Source of the DNA: Azolla caroliniana
Lineage: Eukaryota > Plantae > Polypodiophyta
NCBI GenBank assembly: GCA_043228905.1
Contig: JBHGNT010000009.1
Coordinates: 17,608,001 to 17,672,000 of the forward strand
Direction of reading: 5' to 3'
Length of the DNA stretch: 64,000 bases
Shown one piece after another: positions 49,663 through 61,572 of the stretch (within the stretch, counting starts at the first letter, position 1; each line of letters opens with the position of its first letter). A program made the position numbers and the translations under genes. The notes under the pieces were generated by a model. It did not search any database and was not told the origin of the DNA. It saw only the letters and a list, made by a program, of their open reading frames with translations.

Positions 49663-52600
49663 TGTTGAGAAGCAAGCTCAACTTGGTCTAGTGTGTGAAC
49701 TCACCTTGAGAGTGAATAGACACTCCAACATATTCTATGACACATAACTTATGAGCTTTCACATTCCCCATGCTCCATGAGTCTTGTACTTAATGAAGAG
49801 AGAGGGCGACTATATAAAGCACCCTCCTCCCACCTTGTATTACGTTGAGTCTTTCTCCTTTGTTAATATACATTACCTTGCGTATTCTTTGTGTCTTACT
49901 CCTTGTCTCTCTCACTCACTCTCTCTCTCATACACACACACAATTCATATCTATTCTGCTGCACAGAATCCATCTCTTGATTCTTTACATGGTATCAGAG
50001 TGACTTGGTAGCTCGATCTAGCCCATCCGCGTGTGTTGTGTCCTACGCCGACGACCAAGAACCGTCTTATCACTATCGTAGCTTCGCTACATAGCTTGCA
50101 TTCGAAGAGAGAAGAAGAAGAAGAAGAAGAATTGACATAAGGAATACTCAAATGGGGAGCGCTCTCCCTACCGAGAAATTGGATTGAAACAAGCTCGCAT
50201 CTTGGGAGTACAACATCTTGTCGGACAAAGCTATTGGAGCTACATCAAAGGAGCGCACGAAGACCGACCCGTCGAAACGGCTCCCGGATACGCGACATGG
50301 GAGCAAGCCGCAAGCCGCGTGATGTATTGCTTGGCGACATGTGTTCACGATCAAATGCTCGGCTACATTTGTGAAGCCAAGACACCGAAGGAGGCATGGT
50401 AAAATCTACGAAAGATTTTCGTGGCAAACACAACCACAAGAAGGCTTCAACTCCGCCAAGAGTTGAACAACACTCAACAAAAGCACATGTCCATCACGAC
50501 ATACACCTTGAAGATCAAGGAGCTTTGCGACTCGCTCGGCTCGATAAGCCTAAATATCCATGATGATGAGATGGTGCAAATATGCCTCGACGGCCTCGCA
50601 CCACGGTTTGGCGCGATGCGAACCACCGTTCTAGGAAGGGAGAAATCTCCCTCCGTCGAGCTCCAATCAATGCTATTGGTCGAAGAAAACCATGTGCGTA
50701 CAAGGAGCAATGAGTCGGAAGGCCACATGCTCTACACGCACTCGAACGGAAGAAGAGGACGCGGACGAGCGAGAGGCCGATTCGGCCAAGGACAAGGTGG
50801 ACGAGGTTTGACCTACGACAACAACTTCCAATTTCGGCCGCAAAACGGAAGCCAACGAGGAACCTTCGCAAGAAGGGGGAGCTTCCACTCCGGCCCGATC
50901 TGTCAAAACGCAACCGACTGCAGATATTGCGGAAAGCTCGGCCACTACGAAGAAGAGTGCCGAAAGAAGATGCGCAAATCGGCTTCCACAAGCCGACAAC
51001 TCATGAATTACACGCACAATTCCGACTACGAAGAGTATAGCGGAATGTATGAGCACAACTCCGACTACGAAGATCGTGGCGGAATGTATGCACACAACTC
51101 TGACCGTGGCGGAATGTTAATGATGAAACATAGAGCAAAGTCTATGTCGGCCTCTACCTCAACTAGTGCCCTCAGTACGGAGGACGTATGGTTTGTTGAA
51201 TCCGGAGCCTCAAACCATATGACATCTCATAAAGAATGGTTTCTCGAACTTCGAGAGCCGGAGCGACCCGGTTATGTCGAAACCGGAGATGACACTACGC
51301 ACCCGATTCGGCACATCGACAATGTTCCGTTCGGCGAAAGAGGTAATCAAACATACATTAAAAATTTCTTGCATGTTCCCACCATCACGAAGAATTTGGT
51401 CTTGGTCGGCCAAATGGTTAAGCAAGGGACGCAAGTACGATTCGAGCAAGAAGGATGCTTCATCGAAAAAGAGGGCCGAATCATCGCGCGTGGAAGAAGA
51501 GAGGGCCGGATGTTCATTCTCGATTCACACGAGATGAAATCCGCCATGTTCGCAAAAAACACGAAAGCCGACTCCGACATAGACCTATGGCACAAGCGAA
51601 TTGGCCACATCAATCTCAACAAACTCAAAGCAATGAAATCGAAAGGAGTTGTCATCGGAATCCTGACATTCAAAGAGAAGGAGATTGAAGGTGTATGCAA
51701 AGAGTGCCAATTCGGCAAGGAACACCGACACCTATTCCGGAAAGAGTGCAATGTGAGCAAAGGTCTACTCGACGTATTTCATTCCGACATATGGGGACCG
51801 GCGCAGACGGCTACATTCGGCGGATGCCGATATTACGTGCTCTTCATCTACGACTTCTCTAGGCAGATGTGGCTCTATCCGATGCGGCAAAAGAGCGAAG
51901 TGTTTGGACACTTCCAAAGGTTTAAAAACGAAGTCGAAAAAGCCACTGGTCGTCATGTACGATGCCTTCGATCCGGTGGCGGCAAGGAGTACTTCTCGGA
52001 TGATTTCATGGCGTATCTCCGAAAGGAAGGAATTCGGCGAGAATTCATTTGCTGACACACTCCGCAACAAAACGGAGTAGCCAAGCGCAAAAATCGGCAC
52101 ATCCTCGAGTAGCACGGGCCATGATGAATGAGAAGCATATGCCGAAGTCAAATTGGGCCGAAGCTGCAAATACGGCCGTCTACCTAATGAACCGGTGCAC
52201 AACATCCGGAGTGCACGAGGTCACTCCGCATGAAAAATACTTCGGAAAGTAGCCGAACTTATCACACACCCAGATATTCGGCGCGATAGCGTATGTGCAC
52301 ATCCCTGACGAGAAGCGTCAAAAGCTTGAGCCGAAGTCGGAGAAATGTACCCTCGTAGGATACTCACTTGAGCAAAAGGGGTACAAGTGCTACAACCCCT
52401 CAACTCAAAAATCTCGAGTAAGTCGAGACGTCGTTTTTGACGAGTCCGCATCCTGGTACGCACCAGAGACAACTTCAACTCCGACTCCGCTTGACCCAGA
52501 ATCCGCCGAACAAGAGATAGAGGATGAAGATCGCCTTACGCGCATGTTCGAAGAACGTCCGATCAGGACCCGACTGAGCGGACCACAAGAACCTTTGACT

Positions 52601-55073
52601 GATCAAAGCACATCATGGCCTAGCCCGAAGATGGACAAAGGCAACGCGAAAATGACGGAATATGAAGACGATCGCTTCAACGACGACGAGTTGACTCACT
52701 CACTCGACAGTGAGTTTGGCGGTTTCGTTGTACCAATTGGAGCTAAAAAATCCCTCATCTCTGCAAATGAAAAGCTCCGTCGCTCCACCTGTGAAAAGAA
52801 TCTGGTCAAACGATTCGGCTACAACGACTACATGGCATATCGCTATGCCTTTATGATGAAGGTGGCGACAGTACACGAGCCGGAAACATTTTCCGAAGCA
52901 GCCAAGGATACGCGATGGATCGAAGCCATGAACGAGGAGATGCAGGCACTATGCAAGAACAAGATGTGGGATCTCGTTCCCACCTCACCACACGAAAAGG
53001 CAATCGGATGCAAATGGATTTACAAAGTTAAGTACAACGCCGACAGTTTCGTCAACCGCTACAAAGCGCGACTCGTAAGGAAAGGCTACGCACAAATGCA
53101 CGGAGTTGAATATGAAGAGACCTTTGCCCCGGTGGCCAAGATGACGACGGTACGGACCGTATATGCGCTTGCCGTGGTGAAAGGGTGGCACCTCCACCAA
53201 ATCGACGTCAAGAATGCCTTTCTTCAAGGTGAATTAGAAGAGGAGGTGTACATGATACAACCACCTGGCTTCAACTCGAGCACCCATCCGAAAGTTGTAT
53301 GCCGACTCCAGAAGCCACTCTATGGCCTCAAGCAAGCACCGCGTGCTTGGAATTCGAAGATAACACAATATCTTCATCAAATCGGCTTCCGTATGTCAAA
53401 ATCGGACAACTCCCTCTACATACGAAGAAATTCCGCAAGCCCGATCGTCATCATCGTATATGTGGATGACCTAGTCATTGGAGGTGAGCATCTCGTCGAA
53501 ATCAATAAGGTCAAATCCCTCCTTTCTGACAAGTTCCAGATGACGGACATGAAGGAGCTCCACTACTTCCTCGGCATCTAGGTAATTCGGACTCCGGCCG
53601 GAATCATGATCTCTCAATGGCACTACATCCTCAACTTGTTATACAAGTTCGGGATGGCTGAGTGCAAATCCATGGCAACCCCACTCGATCGCACTATCAA
53701 ACTAGATGCGAACTCCGGCACCAAAGCGTGTGAGCCGACTCAGTATCGGCAACTCATCAGGAGTCTCATCTACCTCTCGATCACTCGACCCGATCTCAGT
53801 TATCCGGTCGGTTTCCTTAGTCAATTCATGCAAACACCGCGTGATACTCACTTGGATTGCACTAAGCGAGTTCTACGATATGTGAGCAGCACAATGAATT
53901 GTGGCATCCTCTACAAGACCGCGATGCCAATACGACTCGAGGGGTACACAGATGCTGATTGGACCGGCTACAAAGCTAATAGAAGATCAATCTCTGCATT
54001 TGGTTTTTCCCTCGGCAGCGGAGCAATATCCTGGAGCAGCAAAAAGAAACCAATCGTCACTCTTTCGAGCACAGAGGCGGAATACAGGGGTGCGTCCGTG
54101 GCCACATGTGAAGCCGTATGGCTCAAAAGGATATTCAAGGATCTGGGCGTACCCATCAAGGATCCGACTTCCCTTTACTGCGACAACATGAGCAATATCT
54201 ATCCGGCTCGGAACACGGTGTTCCACGCATGAACAAAGCACATCGAAGTGCAATATCACTTCATCCGATAGCGCCTTCTAGCTGGCGATGTCGACCTACA
54301 ACACATTAGTAGAAATATTCAAACAGTTGACATCTTCACTAAAGCCTTAGGAGTCGACAAGCTATGGCAATTCATGACCGATCTCGGATTGATGATCCCT
54401 GACCTGCCAAGCTTGAGGGGGAGTACTGAAGACACTACGCAATCACGCATGGATTCCGCAACCGCACAACGAAGCCGCGAAGAGTCGATCTACTGCACAA
54501 AGCCACGAAGAAAGACGCAAGCCGAAGCATAGACTTCGCAACTACGCATAACGCAAGCTGGAGCATGGATTCCACAACTCCGCATAAATGCGAGTCGACG
54601 TGAGTCGACGAGGACTCCGGAACGCGAGTCGAAGCGGATTTTCAATACCGTCTGAAACTGACCCGACTTGAGCTTGAGGGGGCGTGTTGAGAATCAAGCT
54701 CAACTTGTTATACTGTGTGAACTCACCTTGAGAGTGAATAGACACTCCAACGGTCAAGAGTCACCATTATGTCACCACTTTGTATTCTAGCATTTAGTAT
54801 TAGTCATAGAATCATATTCTATGACACATAAATTATGAGCTTCCACATTCCCCATGCATCATGAGTCTTGTGGTTAATGAAGAGAGAGGGTGACTATTTA
54901 AAGCACCCTCCTCCCACTTTGTATTACGTTGAGTCTTTCTCCTTTGTTAATATACTTTACCTTGCGTATTCTCTGTGTCTTACACCTTGTCTATCTCACT
55001 CACTCTCTCTCTCATACACACAAACAGTTCATATCTATTCAGCTGCACAAAATCCATCTCTTGATTCTTTACA
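49663..55073 (+). mobile_element. Full-length Ty1/Copia element (few stops and frameshifts) nested in L1
   Basis: LTRs at 49663-49989 (with a ~60-bp deletion) and 54685-55073; PBS TGGTATCAGAG (Met-i) at 49990; perfect TSD TAATT; gag CCHC, INT, RT YVDDL, RH SSTEAEY. Confidence 0.96.
50152..54417 (+). pseudogene. Copia gag-pol polyprotein
   Basis: ORFs 50421-52055, 52295-53581 and 53606-54232 carry all domains in Copia order. Confidence 0.93.
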
Positions 55074-55305
55074 TAATTTCCATTTACCAGCATTACAAAG
55101 ACCTCGTATATTGAAGGAGCACATTTTACTTGTTTATGCAAGATTAATATGGTTGAAGATATAAAACAAAGCAAAATACTAATCTGGCTACATATTTGTA
55201 TCACCGCCATGCTTATTTCCATGAAGACTAATATCTGCACTTGATCCATCTTTGTAACATGCACCTGCAAATTTGCCCCGTTTCAGTTTGAAAGCTCTTG
55301 CACCA
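55074..55305 (-). mobile_element. L1-clade LINE, 5'-most fragment (ORF2 start; 5'-truncated)
   Basis: MCSFNIRGLCNAGKWKL continues across the TSD into FWNYITSSQADIICVQE. Confidence 0.8.
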
Positions 55306-55772
55306 ATAATTGCATATTTTACCCATAGACCGATTGATCACTCTAATCATTTTAAATTCTGCACAACCTATTTACATCGTGAGTTGGGCAGCAGGTTGTT
55401 GGCGGATAAGGATCCTAGACTGTACGGAATTAATCCAAGAGGGTTGGTCTCTCGACACCACATGCAATTTCTTTTCGTGAGATATAGTTCACATGTTTAT
55501 ATCGGTTCATTAGACGGGGACAAAGCCGAGATCAACTAAAGCACAAACACATGTGGTGTTGGTTAAGACGTTTCTGACCTACGGAGAATATTATTCTAAC
55601 TTTTTAACTGCCAAACCATTTATCCTTCACATTCTCTATATCTAATTCCACCAAAACATAATAACCACTTATGTAATCAGAATATGTGGTTTCTCAATTC
55701 GTAAAGTTGTCTCAAATCCTATATGAGGGATTAACATGTTGCCACAAAGTGATATTCACAAGTTTTCATTAA

Positions 55773-55843
55773 TGCATTGGCCAGGAATCGAACCCGGGTT
55801 TGTCACGTCGTAAGGTACTATTCTACCACTAGACCACCAATGC
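55773..55843 (-). pseudogene. tRNA-Gly-derived copy with intact A and B boxes but a disrupted anticodon arm
   Basis: GCATTGGTGGTCTAGTGGTAGAATAGTACCTTACGACGTGACAAACCCGGGTTCGATTCCTGGCCAATGCA. Confidence 0.75.
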
Positions 55844-57815
55844 ACACAACATGTTCTTAATTGCATAGTTTACCTAGAGACCCATTCGTCAATCTGATCT
55901 TTTGAACTATGAACACCCTATTTACTTCGGTCGCAGCTTGTGGGATGCAATTTCCTTTCGCGCGATATTGTTCACGTGTTTGGATCGGTTTGTTGGCCGG
56001 AGATGAAACACGGCTCTCAAGAATGGGAGAGATTTATTCTTCCACTAAAGCACCAATGCATGTGGTATTAGTTAAGTCGTTTCTCACGTACACAATATTT
56101 TTCTAACTTTCTAACGTCCAAACCTTTTTTTGTTGACTTTATCTATTAGATTCTACCAAGAAATAATAAGCACTTATGCAATCCACTATATGTAGTCTCT
56201 AAATTAGCAAAGTTGTCTCAAATACTATATGGGGAATACTATATGAGGGAATAACATGTTGCCGCAATGTGATATGCACATGTTTGGATTAATACATTGG
56301 CCGGGAAACAAACACGGGTCAATACCATTGCAGGGTACTATTCTAGCACTAGACCACCAATGCACACATGTTCTCAATTACATATTTTACCCATAGACCC
56401 ATTCATAAATCTAATATTATTGAACTATGCACAACCTATTTACATCATCAGTTGGATCCAAGCTTGTGGGATGCAATTTATTTGCGTGACATATAGTGCA
56501 CATGTTTGGATCGGTTCATTTGCCGAGGACAAAACCCAAGTCTATAGAATGGGAGAGATCTATTCCTCCACTAAAGCACCAATGACTGTGGTGTTGGTTA
56601 AAATATTTCTCAGCCACGGAGAATATTATTCTAACTTTTTGATGGCCAAACCATTTATCCTTGATCTTGTCTATCTTATTCCACCAAGCAATAACAACCA
56701 CTTATGTAATCCACTATATGAGGTCTCTCAATTGGTAAAAATGCCTCAAACCCTATATGAGGGAATGACATGTTGGCACAAAGTGATATGTACATGCTTC
56801 GATTCATGCATTGGTCGGGAATCCAACCCAGGTCTGTACCGTGGTAGGGTATAATTCTACCACTAGACCAGCAATGCACACATAGTCCCAATAGACCATT
56901 TATGAATATAATCTTTTTGAACTATACACATCTTATTTACATCGTGCATTCGGTAGCAGTTTGTGCGATGCAATTTTCTTTCGTGAGATATAGTTCACGT
57001 GTTTGGATCGGTTCATTGACCGGCGACGAAACCCAAGTTTGTAGAATGGGAGGCATCTATTCTTCCACTAAAGAACCATTGCATGTTGTGTTAGTTAACT
57101 CATTTCTCACATACAAAGAATATTATTCTAAATTTCTGACGGGCAAACCTTTTTCGTTGACTTTCTCTATCTTATTCTAACAAGAAGTAACAAACACCTA
57201 TGTAATCCACTATATGTAGTCGCTCAATTGGCAAAGTTGTCTCAAATACTATATGAGGGAATGACATGTTGCCAGAATGTGATATGCACATGTTTGGATT
57301 AATACATTGGCCGGAAAACAAACACGGGTTTGTACCATTGCAGGCTACTATTCTAGCACTAGACCACCAATGCACACATGTTCTCAATTACATATTTAAC
57401 CATAGAGTTATTCATCAATCTAATATTTTTGAACTATGCACAACCTATTTACATCGTCAGTTGGATCGAAGGTTGTGGGATGCAATTTATTTGCGTGAGA
57501 TATAGTTTACATGTTTGGATCATTTCATTTGCCAAAGACAAAATCTGAGTCTATAGAATGGGAGGGATCTATTATTCCACTAAAGCACCACTGAATGTGG
57601 TGTTGCTTAAAATGTTTCTCACCTACGGAGAATATTATTCTAACTTTTTGATGGCCAAACCATTTATCCTTGACCTTCTCTATCTTATTCCACCAAGCAA
57701 TAACAACCACTTATGTAATCCACTATATGTGGTCTTTCAATTGGTAAAAATGCCTCAAATCCTATATGAAGAAATGGTATGTCCGCACAAAGTGATATGT
57801 ACATGTTTTGAATCA

Positions 57816-57886
57816 TGCATTGGCTGGGAATGGAACCCGGGTCTGTACCATGGCAGGGTACTACTCTACCACGAGACCACCAATGC
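57816..57886 (-). pseudogene. tRNA-Gly(GCC) pseudogene
   Basis: Perfect acceptor stem and anticodon stem (GTACC/GGTAC) with GCC anticodon; B box GGTTCCA is mutated. Confidence 0.8.
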
Positions 57887-58345
57887 ACGCATAGTATTCT
57901 GAAGTGCATAGTTTAACAATAGACACATTTATGAATTTAATCTTTTTGAACTATGAACATCTTATTTACATCGTGCATTTGGTAGCGGCTTGTGCGATGG
58001 AAATTTTTTTCGTGATATATAGTTCATGTGTTTCAATCGGTTCATTGGCCCGCGATGAAACCCAGGTTTGTAGAATGGGAGGGATTTATTCTTCCACTAA
58101 AGAACCATTGCATGTGGTGTTAGTTAACTCGTTTCTTACGTATAGAGTATATTATTCTAAATTTTTGACGGGCAAACCATTTTTCGTTGACTTTCTCTAC
58201 CTTATTCTAACAAGAAATAACAAGCACTTATGTAATCCACTATATGTAGTCTCTCAATTGGCAAAGTTGTCTCACATACTATATGAGGGAATGTCATGTT
58301 GCCACAATGTGATATGCACATGTTTGGATTAATACATTGGCCGGG

Positions 58346-59348
58346 TGTTAACAATCAAGCTCAACTTGGTCTAGTGTGTGAACTCACGTTGAGAGTGAAT
58401 AGACACTCCAAGGGTCAAGATTCACCATTATGTCACCTCTTTGTATTCTAGCATTTTGTATGAGTCATAGAGTCATATTCTATGAGCTTTCACATTCCGC
58501 ATGCTCCATGAGTCTTGTAGTTAATGAAGAGAGAGGGTGACTATATAAAGCACCCTTCTCCCACCTTCTATTGTGTTGAGTCTTTCTCCTTTGTTAATAT
58601 ACTCTTACCTTGCGTATTCTCTGTGCTTTATTCCTTGTCTCTCTCTCTCTCTCTCTTATACACACACATAACTCCTATCTCTTCCGCTTCACAAGAATCC
58701 ATCTCTTGATCCTTTACATGGTATCTAAGCGATTTGGTAGCTCGATCTAGCCCATTCGCCTCATCGTGATCGTGTGTTGTGCTCTACGCCGACGACCAAG
58801 AACCGGCTCATCGCTATCGTAGCTTCGCTACATAACTTGCATTCGAAGAGAGAAGAAGAAGAAGAAGAATTGACATAACGAATACTCAAATGGGGAGCGC
58901 TCTCCCTACCGAGAAGTTGGATGAAACAAGCTCGCATCTTGGGAGTACAAGATGCACCAATACCTTGTCGGACAAGGCTATTGGAGCTACATCAATGGAG
59001 CGCATGAAGACCAACCCGCCGAAGCGGCTCCCGGATACGTAACATGGGAGCAAGCCACAAGCTGCGTGATGTATTGCTTGGCCACATGTGCTCACGATCA
59101 CATGCTCGGCTACATTCGCAAAGCCAAGACGCCGAAGGAGGCATGGGAAAATCTACGAAATATTTTCGTTGCGAACACAACCCCAAGAAGGCTTCAACTC
59201 CACCAAGAGTTGAACAACATTCAACAAAGGGACATGTCCATCATGACATACACCTCGAAGATCAAGGAGCATTGCGATTCACTCGGCTCAATAAGCGTAA
59301 ATATCGATGATGATGAGATGGTTCAAATATGCCTTCGCGGCCTCGCAC
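58346..59348 (+). mobile_element. Copia element (same family as 49663-55073): 5' LTR, PBS and gag start only
   Basis: LTR at 58346-58718; PBS TGGTATCTAAGC; gag MHQYLVGQGYWSYING; inserted in the T arm of a tRNA-like unit. Confidence 0.92.
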
Positions 59349-59370
59349 GTGCGTAACAACGCGACATCTT

Positions 59371-59388
59371 TGGTGAACCCGACGTGAA
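59371..59388 (+). promoter_or_regulatory. Primer-binding site complementary to plant tRNA-Trp
   Basis: TGGTGAACCCGACGTGAA is the reverse complement of the recalled plant tRNA-Trp 3' end (..TTCACGTCGGGTTCACCA). Confidence 0.85.
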
Positions 59389-61506
59389 CAGGTGGCAAAG
59401 GAGTCGAAAGATGAGGGAATCGGAGCTAGCAGAGGCAATGGCGACAACCATCGATCGGCTGGTAAGCGCTCGTGAGGGGACGGGTACCCTCGACAGAGCC
59501 ATTGAATCGATCGTCGGCACTATAGGCCGGTTCATAGGGAAAGACGCCACAAGTTATTTGAAGGCTTACCGGGCCAAAATGATCATGAGGGATATCCCAG
59601 TGGACAGGCGGCTGTCTGGATTCCCTCGGGTGGTGACGCCGAGCATCCACGCGGAGGTGCTCGAGGTGTTGGCCGGATGCCAAACTTGGAGGGAGTTCGA
59701 GTTGCAGCTCCTCGAGAAGTACGAGTTTGACGACTCGCTTCGGCTGTCGAGGCGGGACTTCATGGCGTGGGTGGAAAGCCCCGGAAAAGGGAGGAACACG
59801 TCGGCGCTCCTCCAGGAGTTCGAAATACAGTTCACGCGGCTGTCGACGCTGGACCAGACCGTGCTCGAAACGAGTCGAGTACTACTGTTTGTTAATTCGG
59901 TGGACGCGCTCGACAGGGAAAACGTGGGTCCCCTATTGGAAACGGACGAAGGGCTCACAGCAGACTGGGCCGTGGTAAAACGGGTCTGCAGCCATTTCAA
60001 CAAACGGCGCGATTGGAGCGACGAAAGCTGGTCGGGGTCAGGGCCGGTCCCGGCGAGGAGGCTCGAGGAGCCGGTGTCGGTGCCAACTGGTAGGAAGGAA
60101 GAGACCCGAATTTGGCTGGAGTCGGGGTCGGCATCGAATGACATGGTCAGAGGCCCATCCGAAGGAGCGGCTCTGAAGGAGCTGACACAGATGGTGTGCG
60201 ACCTGCAGATCGCACAGGCACGGAGAGACAACGGCGAACAACCTCACGACCGGAGGCTGCCGGCTGGGCAGCGGTGCATGTCGTGTGACGCGATCGGTCA
60301 CATTCGGAAGGATTGCGCGGATTTCGCCGACGCGCTCAGGACCAACGTGGTGTACCTCTGGAACGGGCGGGTGCACACGAACGAGACCCGGAGAGCCCTA
60401 GAACTAAATACGGGGTGCGGCGTAATGAAGAGGTTGATGGAAGAGGCCGCGGCACGGCACGTAGAAGTCGTTAATTACTCAGTGTCGGCGGGAATTCATG
60501 TCGGGGGTGATGAGACCCGGAAGGTGAAGGACTCCGGATTCTGGCCGGTACTACTAGAAGGCCTCTCCGGAGTTCGGCTCAAGAAGGAAGGGTCTAGGAG
60601 GTCACCGGATGGGACAATCCGGTCGAAGAGAAAACGGGCTTCGTAGAAGCCGCTTGCCAGAACTACGAGGTTCTGGTGGAAGACAAATGGGCAAGAAAGG
60701 CCGGGGGGGTCGGTCCCCCGTAGAGGTACGAGACCCGGTTCAGACTGAAACCGACCGGTGCCGGCAACCCAGGCATGCCGGACGGAAAGAAGCAGGCGGT
60801 TGAGCACCGAAATCGAGAGAGCAACGGACCTACGAAAGGTTCTTGAAGAGCGGATCCTCGATAGTAAAGTGGAGCTATCGTTGCGGGAGGTGCTGGGAAT
60901 CGCCAAGAGGGAGTTCCACGACTCCATCGTAGACTTGGTGAAACGGAAGAGGCTCTCGACGGAGCCAGAACCGGAGAAGCCGGTGGAGGTGCGGACTACG
61001 CACTTAGAAGACGCGGCCCTAGAAGACGAGTTGGCAGAAAGCCACTACGCGAAACCGCATTGGGCCAAGGCAACTACGGAAACCCCTGTGCGGATCGGCG
61101 ATGTTCCGGAACCGGTGGTGGCCTTGGTAGACCATGGATCCGAAATCAACCTGATGTCCATGGATTTCTACAAGAAGGGTAAATGGCCGATCAACACCAA
61201 GCATGGGTGGAAGATACACGTAGCGACACGTGCTACGGAGGAGCTGCATGGTGCGTGCCCGAATGTATGCGTAAAGATCGGTGACGTCGAGATAGATCAA
61301 CATTTCTTCGTGCAGGAAACATCCTTGCACCTGGTGATTCTCGGCGAACCGTACATTACGGCAGCATGCATGGAGACGAAGGTGTTGGACAACAGTTCGG
61401 CGTATGCGCGCGTCAAGAGCCAAGACGGTCGGCATTCCATCCAGTTCATGACCATACGTCCGAACCATGAGAGGAATCGCGAGACCCTCGGCGGCAACAA
61501 CCGAGG

Positions 61507-61572
61507 GGATTTTTAGAAAAGGCTATCAAGACATGGGGCCGCGGCAGTCTGGACATACCGGAAGAACCCCAC
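61507..61572 (+). promoter_or_regulatory. Putative -1 ribosomal frameshift signal between gag-PR and RT
   Basis: G GAT TTT heptamer directly before the TAG of ORF1; pol is in the -1 frame; downstream stem plus TGGGG/CCCCA pairing. Confidence 0.7.

Larger units (their letters stand above)
55309..58345 (-). repeat. tRNA-Gly-derived tandem satellite, segment 3 (~6 units)
   Basis: GCC-type copies start at 55773, ~56293, 56807, ~57303, 57816 and ~58333 (period 496-520 bp); CCC-type copies lie ~205-225 bp after each. Confidence 0.92.

Noticed and set aside
55909-58332. Recurrent ORFs of 60-185 aa (also at 3357-5445 and 18317-19602) that look like a gene family
   Set aside because: They are chance translations of the tRNA satellite, with inconsistent frames and strands.
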